Positions 48,427-58,701 of a stretch of 64,000 nt of DNA are shown one piece after another. Source of the DNA: Thermoanaerobaculia bacterium. Lineage in GTDB: Bacteria > Acidobacteriota > Thermoanaerobaculia > Gp7-AA8. Both the position numbers and the translations under genes were made by a program. The DNA is taken from the NCBI GenBank assembly GCA_035999335.1, contig DASYGV010000086.1, forward strand, positions 66,991 to 130,990, written 5' to 3'. Every line of letters begins with the position of its first letter. The stretch's first letter is position 1. A model generated the notes under the pieces. The model ran no database searches, was not told the origin of the DNA, and saw only the letters and a program-made list of their open reading frames with translations.

Positions 48427-49904
48427 TCGTCTTCGTAATACCGCACGAGCATCTGGTTATCGAGGCGGTTGATCTCGACGGGCACCGGCAACATGTCGCG
48501 CGGAAAGACGAACATCGCCGCGAGCGTCGACTCGTCGAGAAAACGCGACGGCACGGTGACGCGCGACGGCGCGTCGAACGGCCGCGGCGCCGCGAGCGCG
48601 AAGCCCCACACGCCGAACGACGGCACGGTCGTGTGATACGGACGCACGTGCCATCCCGCGGCTTCCATCGTCCGCACGATGCACCAGTACGAGCGCCGCG
48701 CGTACAACGGCGACGTCGACTGCACGGACACCGCGCCGTCCGGCGCGAGACGCGCGCGCAACAGGCGATAAAAGCGCGTCGAGTAGAGCTTGCCGAGGGA
48801 GAACGAGCTCGGGTCGGGGAAATCGACGATCGCGACGTCAAACGTGTCCCGCACGCCCTCGATCCAGATCATCGCGTCCTGGTTCACGACGCGCACGCGC
48901 GGATCGCGGAACGCGTGACCGTTCAGCGCGCCGAGCGGCAGGAAGCGTTCCGACAGCGCGGTCATCTTCGGATCGAGATCGACCAGCGTCACGTGCTCGA
49001 CGGCGCGATACTTCAGCACCTCTCGCAACGCGAGCCCGTCTCCGCCGCCAAGGACCAGCACGCGCCGCGGCGATCGCGCTGCCGACATCGCCGGATGCAC
49101 GAGCGCCTCGTGATAGCGGTATTCGTCCGCGGAGCTGAACTGCAGGTTCCCGTTCAGGAAGAGCTGGAACCCCGCGGCGTTGTTCGTGACGAGGATGCGC
49201 TGATACGGAGAGCTCGTCGAATACACGATGTCGTCGGCGTACAGCTCGTCTTCGGCGAGAGAGGTGAGCTTGTCGGATTGGACGAATGCGACCAATAGGA
49301 CGGATAGGACCAATAGGGCGCGTATACGCAGAACCATCACGCCGCGCAGCAATGGACGCAGGAGCCACGTGCCGTACAGCCCTACCACGGCGTTGAGCAG
49401 TCCGAAGACGATCGACGTCCGCACCAGTCCGAGGCGCGGCATGAAGAACATCGGGAAGAGCACCGCCGCGAAGAGCGAGCCGATGTAGTCGAAGCTCAGC
49501 ACGCGCGACACGAGCTCCTTGAAGTCGAGATGCTCTTTGAGGATGCGCATCAGGATCGGGAGCTCGAGCCCGACCAGCACGCCGATCGCGAAGACGACGA
49601 GGAAGAGAAAAAGCCGGAACCACTCCAGCCGCGAGAAGCCGAGGAAGAGCATCGGCGCGGAGAGCCCGCCGATCAGCGCGACCGCGAGCTCGACGTCGAC
49701 GAACCGCGCCGCGAGATCGCGCTCGAGAAATCGCGACAGCCAAGCGCCCACGCCCAACGCCGACAGATACAACCCGATGATGAGCGAGAACTGCGTGACC
49801 GAATCGCCGAGGACATAACTCGCCACCGTCCCCGCAAGCAACTCGTAGATCAGGCCGCAGGCGGCGATCACGAGGACGTTGAGGAAGAGGATGGGAGTGC
49901 GGTT
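48408..49904 (-). CDS. speE: membrane-anchored polyamine aminopropyltransferase (SpeE-like, N-terminal about 7-TM domain)
   Basis: C-terminal spermidine-synthase fold ([18 protein letters not shown]…[10 protein letters not shown]…[11 protein letters not shown]) after a about 200-aa polytopic N-terminal domain. A GTG start at 49904 is preferred over the ATG at 49958, which would read through the palindrome. Confidence 0.8.
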   Translation of the reverse strand, partial: NRTPILFLNVLVIAACGLIYELLAGTVASYVLGDSVTQFSLIIGLYLSALGVGAWLSRFLERDLAARFVDVELAVALIGGLSAPMLFLGFSRLEWFRLFLFLVVFAIGVLVGLELPILMRILKEHLDFKELVSRVLSFDYIGSLFAAVLFPMFFMPRLGLVRTSIVFGLLNAVVGLYGTWLLRPLLRGVMVLRIRALLVLSVLLVAFVQSDKLTSLAEDELYADDIVYSTSSPYQRILVTNNAAGFQLFLNGNLQFSSADEYRYHEALVHPAMSAARSPRRVLVLGGGDGLALREVLKYRAVEHVTLVDLDPKMTALSERFLPLGALNGHAFRDPRVRVVNQDAMIWIEGVRDTFDVAIVDFPDPSSFSLGKLYSTRFYRLLRARLAPDGAVSVQSTSPLYARRSYWCIVRTMEAAGWHVRPYHTTVPSFGVWGFALAAPRPFDAPSRVTVPSRFLDESTLAAMFVFPRDMLPVPVEINRLDNQMLVRYYEDEWRKWS

Positions 49905-49980
49905 CACAGTGATGAGTGATGAGTGATGAGTGATGAGTGGCAGAGCGCCGTTCAGCACTCATCACTCATCACTCATCACT
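49905..49980. repeat. heptamer-built palindrome (gtgatga x4 / tcatcac x4)
   Basis: cagtgatgagtgatgagtgatgagtgatgagtgg - loop - cactcatcactcatcactcatcac. Confidence 0.85.
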
Positions 49981-49988
49981 ACTTCACG

Positions 49989-50207
49989 TTACCCGTGCAG
50001 CGCCGCCGCGATGATGATCGCCAGGCCGAGGATCACCGAGGCCATCAGGATCGCGAGCGCCGTGTTGTGGTCGGCCTCGATCTCCTTGGTGATCGAGAAC
50101 GGCGAGATCTTCACCATCGCCCAATACGCCACGGCGAAGACGATCACGCCGAAAACCGTGTAGCCCACCGTGCTGAGAAACGTCCGCAGAGCTGGAACGA
50201 GATCCAT
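49989..50207 (-). CDS. DUF350-family small membrane protein
   Basis: 72 aa with two TM helices. ITKEIEADHNTALAILMASVILGLAIIIAAAL matches the DUF350 core (N.A.AI…G..LG.AI). Confidence 0.6.
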   Translation of the reverse strand: MDLVPALRTFLSTVGYTVFGVIVFAVAYWAMVKISPFSITKEIEADHNTALAILMASVILGLAIIIAAALHG

Positions 50208-50380
50208 CACTTGCCTCCTCGATATCCGCCGTACCAGAACACACCCGTGTGCGCGCCGCGCACGCCCCCGGGCGCGATTCGCGTCTTCGCCCGCGACATC
50301 TCCAGGCCGCGCACGCCCGCGTACGCGTACCCGCCGATGATCAGCAGCCCGACCAGAACGTAGAGCGCTCTCGCCATTTG

Positions 50381-52311
50381 CTACTCCTCTTCCTCGTCTT
50401 CGTCTTCCGAGTGCGCGGCGCCGGCCGGCGAGAACGAGCTCTCCGCCCAACGACGCGATTCGAACACCGCCTGCCGGATCACCGCAAAGAACGGAATGAT
50501 GCTGATCGCGATCAGCGCCAGCACGAAATGCAGTCCGCGGAACACGCCTTCGCGCACACGGATGTGCACCTGCGAGGGCGGACTCTTTCCGCCTTCCCAG
50601 TGCGCTTCGACGCGCAGCACGTGCGGTCCCTTCTTCGGAGCGGAGAGGAACATCCTCCGCGTGTGCTTTCCTTCACTCCAGCTCTCGCCGCCATCCACTC
50701 CGCTGTAGTACTCCAGCGGGATCTCGAACGACTTCAACCGCCCGTCGCTCTCATCGACGAGGTCGACGCCGAGATGGAGCCAGTTGTTTTGGAGAGGCGA
50801 GCTCGCGCGCACTTCGACGTTGTGTCTGCCCGTGAGCTCGAACGGTTGCGTGAAAAACACGCGCGCGGCCTCGACGTTCCAGTCGGGCGCGGCGACAGCG
50901 CCGAGATCGAACATCTGATCGACGAGCAGGCGCTGGGGCCGCGTCATCGAAATGAAAACCGCCGCCACGAACAGCAGCGCCAGCATCGCCAGCCACGCGA
51001 GGCCGAGTCGCGCGCCCGAATACGGCTGGATCGGTCCGACTCCCGAGGGGCGGACGAGCTTCTCGATGCCGAACGCCTGCTCGACCTCGCGAGGCTCCAT
51101 GTAACGCGCGTGCGAGTAGCTGATCTCCTGCGCGCCTTCGCGCGTCAGCTCCTTCGAGATCCCGAACGGCGGGGCAACGTAGTCGACCGTGTCGACCTGC
51201 TCCCCCACCGCCACCTTCCAGTAGAACTCTCCGAGGACGTGCGTCACGCGCGCGAGCGCGGTCTGGAAGACTTTGTACGTGCGGCCGTCGTACTTCACCG
51301 TCTTCGCCGCGCCGCGCGGACTCACGTCGTCGACGTCGCCCGGACGCAGCGGCGTCACGAAGCTCCAGTGATCGTCGCTGTGCACGAGCCAGCGATAACT
51401 CTTCTCGCGGTTGTAGAGGAGATATTCGGTCCAGAAGTAATCGCGGTCGAAGCGCACCGCGCGCTCCATGAAACCCGCGACGACGTATGCGTCGCCGTCG
51501 ATGGTGCCAGTGGAACCGAGAGGGATCACCGGTTGCGTCTTCGACGGCTTCAGCTTCTGGAAGAACTGCAGCTTCCCGTCCGCGATGTCGTGACCCGCGC
51601 CGCAGTACGGACACCAGATGCGCTCCGCCCGATCGGGCGCGCGCAGCTCGAGCGCGCCGCCGCACTGCGAGCAGTTGAGGGTGGTCAGCTTCGCGCGCGC
51701 TTCACGCCGCGCCTCGCCGCCCTCGATCTGCAGCGCGTCGAGCGGGACTTCCTCTCCCTTGAAAACGACCGCGGGCTCTTCGCTGTAGTCGATGGTCGCG
51801 AACTTCCGTTCGGCCCCGCTGAGGTCCGCGTACTCGTAGCGCGCGCCGGCGTTCGGCGTCCAGGGCAGTTCGCCTTCGGCGGAGATCAGCGCGGCTTCGC
51901 CGATCTCGGCGACGACGAGGCTGTCGAGCACGCGGTCGCCGACGCGCAACGCGTCGAACGGAGGCGCCTCCTGCGCAACCTTGAACGTGACGTAGAACCT
52001 CCCCTGCGCCTCGGCCAGCCACGCCCAACGTCCGTCATCGAGCGCCGCGTACCACTCGTCCCACACGCCGCCGGCCTGATGGCGGAGCTGCGTTCTTCCG
52101 GTGATCCGGAAGGACTGGCGGCGGTACTTCCCGCTTGCGCCGACGCGCAGCGGCGAGCCGGTGTCGATGAGCGCCGCGACCTTGCCGTGGTCTTCGATAC
52201 CGCGATCGGTGCGCGCCACGATCGAGCGGCAGGACGAGCACACCACGACCTCGGACGATCCGATCGCAAACTCGATCTGCGCACCGCAGGACGGGCAGTT
52301 CGCCGTCGTCA
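50381..52311 (-). CDS. DUF4178-domain protein (two tandem zinc-ribbon + DUF4178 modules, a TM helix, and an acidic C-terminal tail)
   Basis: CPSCGAQIEF…CSSC…GRTQLRHQAGGVWDEWY…DGRWAWL, repeated as CSQCGGALE…CPYCGA…W.EY.L…YRWL. Start trimmed to a GTG near 52311. Confidence 0.6.
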
Positions 52312-52653
52312 CCGTCCGCGCTCCACCTTGCGCACGCGCACGTCCCGCGCGCCGAGGAGCGCGGCCAGACGCTCCTCCCACGGCCAGTCGGGACGCGGGC
52401 GACAGCAATAGAGATTGATGGTGGCGATCCCGTGCTCGGGATAGGTGTGACACGCGAGGTGCGACTCCGTGAGCATCACGAAGCCGGTGACGCCGGCGTG
52501 CCCCGGAAAGACGTGCCACGCGGGCGCGTGCAGCGGCTGCAGGTTCAGCTCGCCGATGACGCTGGCGAAGAGGCCGCCGAGGACTTCGACGTCCCGCAAC
52601 GAGTCCGCATCACACCCGCCAGCCTCGACCAGCCACTCTGCACCGATTTCCAT
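52309..52653 (-). CDS. speH: S-adenosylmethionine decarboxylase proenzyme (small, SpeH-type)
   Basis: AGVTGFVMLTESHLACHTYPEHGIATINLYCC contains the ES (serine) autoprocessing site and the PE..G/TCG-like motifs of class-1 AdoMetDC. Confidence 0.8.
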   Translation of the reverse strand: MEIGAEWLVEAGGCDADSLRDVEVLGGLFASVIGELNLQPLHAPAWHVFPGHAGVTGFVMLTESHLACHTYPEHGIATINLYCCRPRPDWPWEERLAALLGARDVRVRKVERGR

Positions 52654-52686
52654 GGGCGGGGGAAAGGATACAAGATTCATTCAGTT

Positions 52687-52793
52687 TATCCCGCGCGTAG
52701 ACGCGGGATCTCCGGTCATCCCGGCAGAGACTGCTGCCATGGCACGGATCGTCGCGAGGGCACCGGAGATCCCGCGTCTACGCGCGGGATAAA
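52687..52793. repeat. 31-bp perfect inverted repeat pair with 44-bp spacer in divergent promoter region
   Basis: ttatcccgcgcgtagacgcgggatctccggt … accggagatcccgcgtctacgcgcgggataa. Confidence 0.85.
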
Positions 52794-52847
52794 CTACAGG
52801 TCGATTTCCACGTACTATTGCTCGTCACACGGAGGTCACATACAGCC

Positions 52848-53972
52848 ATGGGACTTTGGGACGCAATCAAGAACGAGTTCATCCAGATCATCGAGTGGCT
52901 CGATGACAGCAACAACACCCTGGTCTACCGGTTCCCGGTGCACGAGCAGGAGATCAAGATGGGCGCGCAGCTCACCGTGCGCGAGAACCAGGTCGCCATC
53001 TTCATCAACGAAGGGCAGGTGGCGGACCTCTTCAAGCCCGGCCGCTACGAGCTCTCCACGCAGAACATGCCCATCATGACGACGCTGCGGAGCTGGAAGT
53101 ACGGCTTCGACTCGCCGTTCAAGGCCGAGGTCTACTTCTTCAACACGCGGCTGTTCACGGATCTGAAGTGGGGCACGTCGAACCCGGTGATGATGCGCGA
53201 CGCCGAGTTCGGGATGATCCGCATGCGGGCGTTCGGAACATACGCGATCCGCATCGCCGACGCGAAGGAGTTCTTCAAAACCGTCGTCGGCACGCAGGGT
53301 CTCACGACCACCGAAGACATCCTCGTGCAGCTCCGCTCGACGATCATCAGCCATCTGTCCGACATCATCGCGGAGTCGAAGATCGCGGCGCTGGATCTCG
53401 CGTCCAGCTACCGCGAGCTGTCGACTCTCGCGCAAAAGGAGCTCGCGCCGTCGTTCACCACATTCGGGCTCGAGCTCGCGCGCTTCAACATCGACAACGT
53501 CTCGCTCCCCGAGGAAGTGGAAGCCGCGATCGACCAGCGCACGAAGCTCGGCGTCCTCGGCGACCGCATGAGTCAGTACACGCAGATGCAGGCCGCGGAC
53601 TCGATCAAGATCGCGGCGGCGAACGAAGGCGGTATCGCCGGCGCGGGCGTCGGCCTCGGCGCGGGCGTGGCGATGGGTCAAGCGATGAGTGGAGCGTTCA
53701 ACGCGCCTCCGCCGCCGCAGGGCGCGTCCGCGCCTCCGCCTCCTCCGGGTGGTGCGGCGAACGCGCCACGCTGGTCGATCGCGATCGACGGCAAGACGTA
53801 CGGCCCCTACACGGATGACGCGCTGAAGACGATGGTCCAAAGCGGACAGGTCGCCGCTTCGACACAGGCCTGGCGCCCTGGCGCCAGCGGCTGGGCGTCG
53901 CTCGACACGTATTCGGAGCTGGGCCTCGGCGGCGGAAGCGCGATGCCGCCACCACCGCCACCACCGAAGTAG
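52848..53972 (+). CDS. SPFH/Band-7 family protein (Band_7_1, YdjI-like) with C-terminal DUF4339 (GYF-like) domain and poly-Pro linker
   Basis: The N-terminal 260 aa match the virion-core-like SPFH family. The C-terminus WSIAIDGKTYGPYTDDALKTMVQSGQVAASTQAWRPGASGWASL is DUF4339-like. Confidence 0.75.
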   Translation: MGLWDAIKNEFIQIIEWLDDSNNTLVYRFPVHEQEIKMGAQLTVRENQVAIFINEGQVADLFKPGRYELSTQNMPIMTTLRSWKYGFDSPFKAEVYFFNTRLFTDLKWGTSNPVMMRDAEFGMIRMRAFGTYAIRIADAKEFFKTVVGTQGLTTTEDILVQLRSTIISHLSDIIAESKIAALDLASSYRELSTLAQKELAPSFTTFGLELARFNIDNVSLPEEVEAAIDQRTKLGVLGDRMSQYTQMQAADSIKIAAANEGGIAGAGVGLGAGVAMGQAMSGAFNAPPPPQGASAPPPPPGGAANAPRWSIAIDGKTYGPYTDDALKTMVQSGQVAASTQAWRPGASGWASLDTYSELGLGGGSAMPPPPPPPK

Positions 53973-53974
53973 TT

Positions 53975-54050
53975 CGACGTTGCGAGTTGCGAGTTGCGAG
54001 CGCCTCTTGGCGTTTCGCGCTCGCAACTCGTAACCCGCAACTCGCAAGAT
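53975..54050. repeat. heptamer-built palindrome (gttgcga units)
   Basis: gttgcgagttgcgagttgcgagcgcctcttggcgtttcgcgctcgcaactcgtaacccgcaactcgcaa. Confidence 0.85.
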
Positions 54051-55128
54051 GTCTGCAGAAGCCATCCAGTCCAAGGTCCGCAAGTTCCCCTGCGAAGGCT
54101 GCGGTGCGGACCTCGCGTGGGAGCCAGGCATCACCGCGCTCAAGTGCCCGTGGTGCGGCATGTCGAAAGACGTCGCACCGGCCGGCGGTACCGTCGACGA
54201 GAAATCCGTCGATGCCGGTCTCCGCGCGCCGCGCAACCTCGGATGGGGCGCGGAGCGCAAGGTCATCGCCTGCAAGCGCTGCGGCGCGCACACGACACTC
54301 GATCCTCACGTGGCCGCGAGCGCGTGCGCGTTCTGCGGCACGAACGCGGTCGTCGAAGCGCCGCCGGACAAGACCATCGCGCGTCCCGAGGGACTCCTGC
54401 CGTTCCGCATCACTCGCGAGTCGGCGCTGCAATCGTTCCGCGCCTGGCTGCACAAGCTGTGGCTCCGTCCCAATGACCTCAAACGCTCCGCGCGGATGAA
54501 CGTCATCCAGGGCGCGTACATCCCCTTCTGGACCTTCGATGCCGCAACGCATTCGAGTTGGACCGCCGAAGCGGGTTACTACTACTACGTCGACGTGAAT
54601 TCCGGAGGACAACGGCGGCGCGAACGCCGCATCCGATGGGAGCCCGCCTCCGGATCGCTGGAGCATTTCTTCGACGACGTGCCCATCCCAGCATCGCGCG
54701 GCATCGACTCGTCGCTCACCCGCGGGATCGAGCCGTTTCCCACCGCCGAGCTCACGCCTTACCAGCCGTCGTACCTTTCGGGATTCCTCGCCGAAGAGAA
54801 CGCGGTCGACTTGCCGGAGGCGCTCGAGAGCGCGAAGGACCGGATGCGCGACGAGCTTCGCTACATGTGCTCGCGGCGCGTCCCCGGCGACACGCAGCGC
54901 AACCTCGTCGTGCACACCGTCTTCTCCGCCCTCGCGTACAAAAACTGCCTCCTCCCGATCTGGGTCGCCGCCTACGACTACCACGGCAAGCCCTACCGCT
55001 TCCTCGTGAACGGCGTCACCGGCAAATGCCACGGCACCGCGCCCTGGTCGTGGGTGAAGATCACGCTGCTGGTGATGACGATCCTGACGATCGCGATGGT
55101 CGTGCTGTGGGCGATGGGACAGGCGTGA
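54049..55128 (+). CDS. zinc-ribbon membrane-anchored protein (YdjG-like partner of the SPFH protein)
   Basis: CEGCGA…CPWCG and CKRCGA…CAFCG double zinc ribbons; a C-terminal TM helix (ITLLVMTILTIAMVVLWAM). Confidence 0.5.
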   Translation: MSAEAIQSKVRKFPCEGCGADLAWEPGITALKCPWCGMSKDVAPAGGTVDEKSVDAGLRAPRNLGWGAERKVIACKRCGAHTTLDPHVAASACAFCGTNAVVEAPPDKTIARPEGLLPFRITRESALQSFRAWLHKLWLRPNDLKRSARMNVIQGAYIPFWTFDAATHSSWTAEAGYYYYVDVNSGGQRRRERRIRWEPASGSLEHFFDDVPIPASRGIDSSLTRGIEPFPTAELTPYQPSYLSGFLAEENAVDLPEALESAKDRMRDELRYMCSRRVPGDTQRNLVVHTVFSALAYKNCLLPIWVAAYDYHGKPYRFLVNGVTGKCHGTAPWSWVKITLLVMTILTIAMVVLWAMGQA

Positions 55129-55835
55129 AGAAGTTGCAACTCGCATCCGTCCGCAAAGACCTCCGTACCGCCGCCAACCCCGAACACGCCAAAGTCGCAC
55201 AATCCTTCTTCAAAACCGCCCCCGGCCAATATGGCGAAGGCGATCGCTTTCTCGGCATTCGCGTTCCTGTATTACGAACGTTCGTGCGAAAACACGAAAC
55301 GCTTTCATTGCAAGACATTGAGACCCTTCTCGACTCTCCATGGCACGAGGAGCGGATCGTCGCGTTGCTGATTCTCGTCCGACGCTATGAGCGCGGCGAC
55401 GATACCGATCGCGCTGCCATTTACGACCTCTATCTGCGCAAGACGGAACGCATCAATAACTGGGATCTGGTCGACTGCTCCGCGCCGCAGATCGTCGGCG
55501 CGCATCTGCGCGATCGCGACCGCGCCCCTCTGTACGCTCTCGCCAAATCGAGCTCATTGTGGGAACGGCGGATTGCGATGATCGCGACGCAGCACTTCAT
55601 CCGCCGAGGCGATTTCCGCGACGCGCTGGCCATCGCCGCGCTCCTGCTCGACGACCGCCACGACCTCATTCACAAAGCGGCCGGCTGGATGCTCCGCGAG
55701 GTCGGGAATCGGGATCGAGAAGCCGAGGAGAGGTTCCTGCGGAAACACGCCGCGCGCATGCCGCGCACCATGCTCCGTTACGCAATCGAGAAATTTCCCG
55801 CCACATTGCGCAGGACGTATCTCGAAATACGTTGA
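55127..55835 (+). CDS. DNA alkylation repair enzyme (AlkD/AlkC-like HEAT-repeat glycosylase family)
   Basis: GTG start overlapping the previous stop (GTGA). …WHEERIVALLIL…NNWDLVD…LWERRIAMIATQHFIRRG matches the AlkD-family HEAT-like repeats. Confidence 0.65.
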
Positions 55836-55911
55836 CGCCGCTTCGGGGCCGCGCTACCTTCACTCCGTCCCGACTACTCGAGTCCACTGTTGTTCTGAGG
55901 AGGAAGCTTCC

Positions 55912-58332
55912 ATGGCGTCACGCCAGACCGTCCGTTCCCTGTTCCTCGGAGTCCTCATCTCTCTATTCGCGGTGAACCTTTTCGCCGCGGATGGCCACAT
56001 CGCCGGCCGGATCAGCCGCACCAACGGCGCCGGCATCGGCGGCGTCATCGTCCAGGTCGTCGAGACCGGAGAAGTCCAGCTTTCCGACGCCAACGGCGAC
56101 TTCCGTTTCGCGCTCCCGGCGGGCACCTATTCGCTGCAGTTTGTTGCCGGCGAAAACGTGACCACCGAGAGCAACGTCGTCGTCACCGGCGGCGCGACGA
56201 CGCGCGTCGACAAGCAGGTCGACTGGAACCTGAGCGTCGCCGAGACGATCACCGTCTATTCGGCGTCGCGGCGCGTGGAGCGCGTCGTGGAAGCGCCGTC
56301 CGCGGTCACGGTCATCGCGCCCGAGGAAATCGCGGCGGTGGCTCCATCCGGACAGGCGCCGCGCCTCGTCGAGTCGGCGCCCGGCGTCGACTACACGGCC
56401 AGCGGTCTTTATGACACGAACTTCAACGCCCGCGGCTTCAACAGCTCTCTCAACCGCCGCATCCTGACGCTCGTCGACGGCCGCGATCCCGCGGTCGCGT
56501 TCCTCGGCTCGCAGGAATGGGCCGCGCTGTCCTACCCGCTCGACGAGCTGGCCAGCGTGGAGCTCGTCCGCGGTCCCGGATCCGCTCTTTACGGCGCGAA
56601 CGCGTTCAGCGGCGTCCTGAACATGACCACTAAGCAGCCGAAGCTCAGCCCGGGCGGACGGCTCCTTCTCTCCGGCGGCGATCTCGATACCCGCCGCGGC
56701 GACATCCGTCATGCAGGCGGCCTCGGGACCAGCGAGTTCTATTACCGCCTCGTCGGCGGCTATCAGCAGAGCGGCGATTTCGCGCGCTCGCGCAACGCGA
56801 CGGTCGAATACACGACGCCGTGCGCATCAGCGGCGGCAACCAATTGCCTCCGCCGCGAGGCGGTCCCGCTGCAGATGGATGAAGTGAACATCCGCTTCGG
56901 CGGCTTGCGCCTCGACAAGCACTTCGCGAATACGAACGTGCTCACCGCGGAAGGCGGATACTCGACGATCGAGGGCCCGGTGTTCCAGACCGGCATCGGC
57001 CGCGTGCAGGTCACCGACGTGGAGCGCCCGTGGTTCCGCCTGAACTACAACATGGCCCGCTGGAACATCGGCGGATACTACGACGCCCGCAAAGCGGAGA
57101 ACCAGGTCGCCCTCGCTTCGAATGCGCGTCTGTTCGAGGACTCGCACAACATCCACGGCGAAGTGATGACCAACTGGGACTTCATGGGCGGCAAGACGCG
57201 CGTGATCGGCGGCGTCTCCTGGAACAAGCAGGAAGTCGACACCGCCAACGCCGCCGGCGTTCAGACGCTGATGTCCGAAGCGAAAGAAGAGACCCAGCAG
57301 TCAGCGTTCGGGCAGCTCGAAATCGACGTCACTGGCAACCTGAAAATCGTCGGCGCGGCGCGTTGGGACGACTCGACGCTGCACGAGTCGCAGTTCTCGC
57401 CGAAGGCCGCGATCGTCTTCTCGCCGAGCACGAACCACACGCTGCGCTATAGCTACAACGAAGCCTTCCAGCGACCGAATTACTCAGAGCTCTTCCTCTC
57501 CGCGCCTGCGGGCGCTCCCGTCAACCTCGCGGCGGCGGCGGCGGCGAATCCGGCATCCGCGCCGCTCGCGCCGCTGCTGACGCAACTCGGCTTCAACTCG
57601 CTCCCGCTCCTCGCCCGCGGCAACAACGGGCTCGTCGTGGAGCAGGTCAAGAGCCACGAGATCGGCTATGCCGGCATTTACGCCGGGAAGCTGTTCGTCA
57701 CCGTCGATGTGTATCAGAGCAATCTCAGTGACTTCGTCACGGACCTGCTGCCGGGCGTGAATCCGGCATTTGCGGCTTATCAGATTCCAGCGACTGTGCC
57801 CGCTCCGTTCGTGCCGGGTCTCACGGGATTCCTCGCTGCCGCGCTGGCCACGAATCGCGTCGGCCTGACGACCGTCAACGGCGCGCCCGCCCTGGTGTTC
57901 TCGTACACGAACGCCGGCGAGGTGGACACGAAGGGCGGCGAGATCGCGCTCAATTACTACGTGACGAACAACTGGCTGATCGATTTCAATTACTCGCGCT
58001 TCGACTTCGACGTGAAGAGCTCTCAGGTCGGCGACCGGCTTCTGCCCAATGCCCCTGAGAACAAGTTTAATCTCGGCGTCGGCTGGCGCAGCGACCGGTT
58101 CGACGCGAAGGCCACGTACCGCTGGGTCGAGGAATTCGACTGGGCCGCGGGCGTCTTCGTCGGCCACATTCCGGACTACGAGGTCGTGAACGTCAGCGCG
58201 AACTTCAAGATCAACGACTTCCTCGGCATCGGTGCCGACATCAGCAACGCGATCGACAACGAGCATTTTGAATCGTTCGGCGGCGACCTGATGTCCCGCC
58301 GCGCCCTCGGCTTCGTGTCCGTGAACTGGTAG
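55912..58332 (+). CDS. TonB-dependent receptor (CarboxypepD_reg-like N-domain + plug + beta-barrel)
   Basis: Signal peptide; GRISRTNGAGIGGVIVQVVETGEVQLSDANGDFRF (carboxypeptidase-regulatory-like); plug ITVYSASRR…VEAPSAVTVI; the C-terminal barrel ends …RALGFVSVNW with a terminal aromatic. Confidence 0.8.
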   Translation: MASRQTVRSLFLGVLISLFAVNLFAADGHIAGRISRTNGAGIGGVIVQVVETGEVQLSDANGDFRFALPAGTYSLQFVAGENVTTESNVVVTGGATTRVDKQVDWNLSVAETITVYSASRRVERVVEAPSAVTVIAPEEIAAVAPSGQAPRLVESAPGVDYTASGLYDTNFNARGFNSSLNRRILTLVDGRDPAVAFLGSQEWAALSYPLDELASVELVRGPGSALYGANAFSGVLNMTTKQPKLSPGGRLLLSGGDLDTRRGDIRHAGGLGTSEFYYRLVGGYQQSGDFARSRNATVEYTTPCASAAATNCLRREAVPLQMDEVNIRFGGLRLDKHFANTNVLTAEGGYSTIEGPVFQTGIGRVQVTDVERPWFRLNYNMARWNIGGYYDARKAENQVALASNARLFEDSHNIHGEVMTNWDFMGGKTRVIGGVSWNKQEVDTANAAGVQTLMSEAKEETQQSAFGQLEIDVTGNLKIVGAARWDDSTLHESQFSPKAAIVFSPSTNHTLRYSYNEAFQRPNYSELFLSAPAGAPVNLAAAAAANPASAPLAPLLTQLGFNSLPLLARGNNGLVVEQVKSHEIGYAGIYAGKLFVTVDVYQSNLSDFVTDLLPGVNPAFAAYQIPATVPAPFVPGLTGFLAAALATNRVGLTTVNGAPALVFSYTNAGEVDTKGGEIALNYYVTNNWLIDFNYSRFDFDVKSSQVGDRLLPNAPENKFNLGVGWRSDRFDAKATYRWVEEFDWAAGVFVGHIPDYEVVNVSANFKINDFLGIGADISNAIDNEHFESFGGDLMSRRALGFVSVNW

Positions 58333-58342
58333 CTCTCCATCG

Positions 58343-58376
58343 CATGGGTCACTCTCCCCGGAGAGTGACCCATCGT
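58343..58376 (+). terminator. perfect 14-bp-stem hairpin after the TonB-dependent receptor gene
   Basis: atgggtcactctcc ccg gagagtgacccat. Confidence 0.55.
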
Positions 58377-58390
58377 TCCCCGAGGACACA

Positions 58391-58675
58391 ATGAGCGAAA
58401 TCACCGTCATCGCCCGCGCGAAAGCCAAACCCGGCAATGAAGAGGAAATGGAGCGCGCGCTCCGAGAGAACGCCGAGGCGACGCGCAGCGAGGCCGGCTG
58501 CATCTCCTACTCCATCCTCCGCGGCGACGACGGCGTGTTCATGGCGGTCGAGCGCTGGAGCTCCCGCTCCGATCTCGACGCCCACATGACCACCCCGCAC
58601 GTACAGACGCTCATGCAGACGATCACACCCCTGCTCGCCGCCCCGCCGGAGATCAGCGTGATGCGCGAGGTGTAG
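58391..58675 (+). CDS. antibiotic-biosynthesis-monooxygenase (ABM) family protein
   Basis: 94-aa ferredoxin-like ABM fold pattern (ITVIARAKAKPGNEEEMERAL…GCISYSILRGDDGVFMAVERWSSRSDLDAHM). Confidence 0.7.
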   Translation: MSEITVIARAKAKPGNEEEMERALRENAEATRSEAGCISYSILRGDDGVFMAVERWSSRSDLDAHMTTPHVQTLMQTITPLLAAPPEISVMREV

Positions 58676-58701
58676 GCGCGGCGAACGTCGCGTGCCGCGC
58701 A

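Noticed and set aside
52836-55200. Minus-strand ORFs (485 aa and 500 aa) antisense to the SPFH, zinc-ribbon and AlkD genes
   Set aside because: They are Arg-rich and low-complexity. The plus-strand genes have coherent domain architecture and coupled starts.
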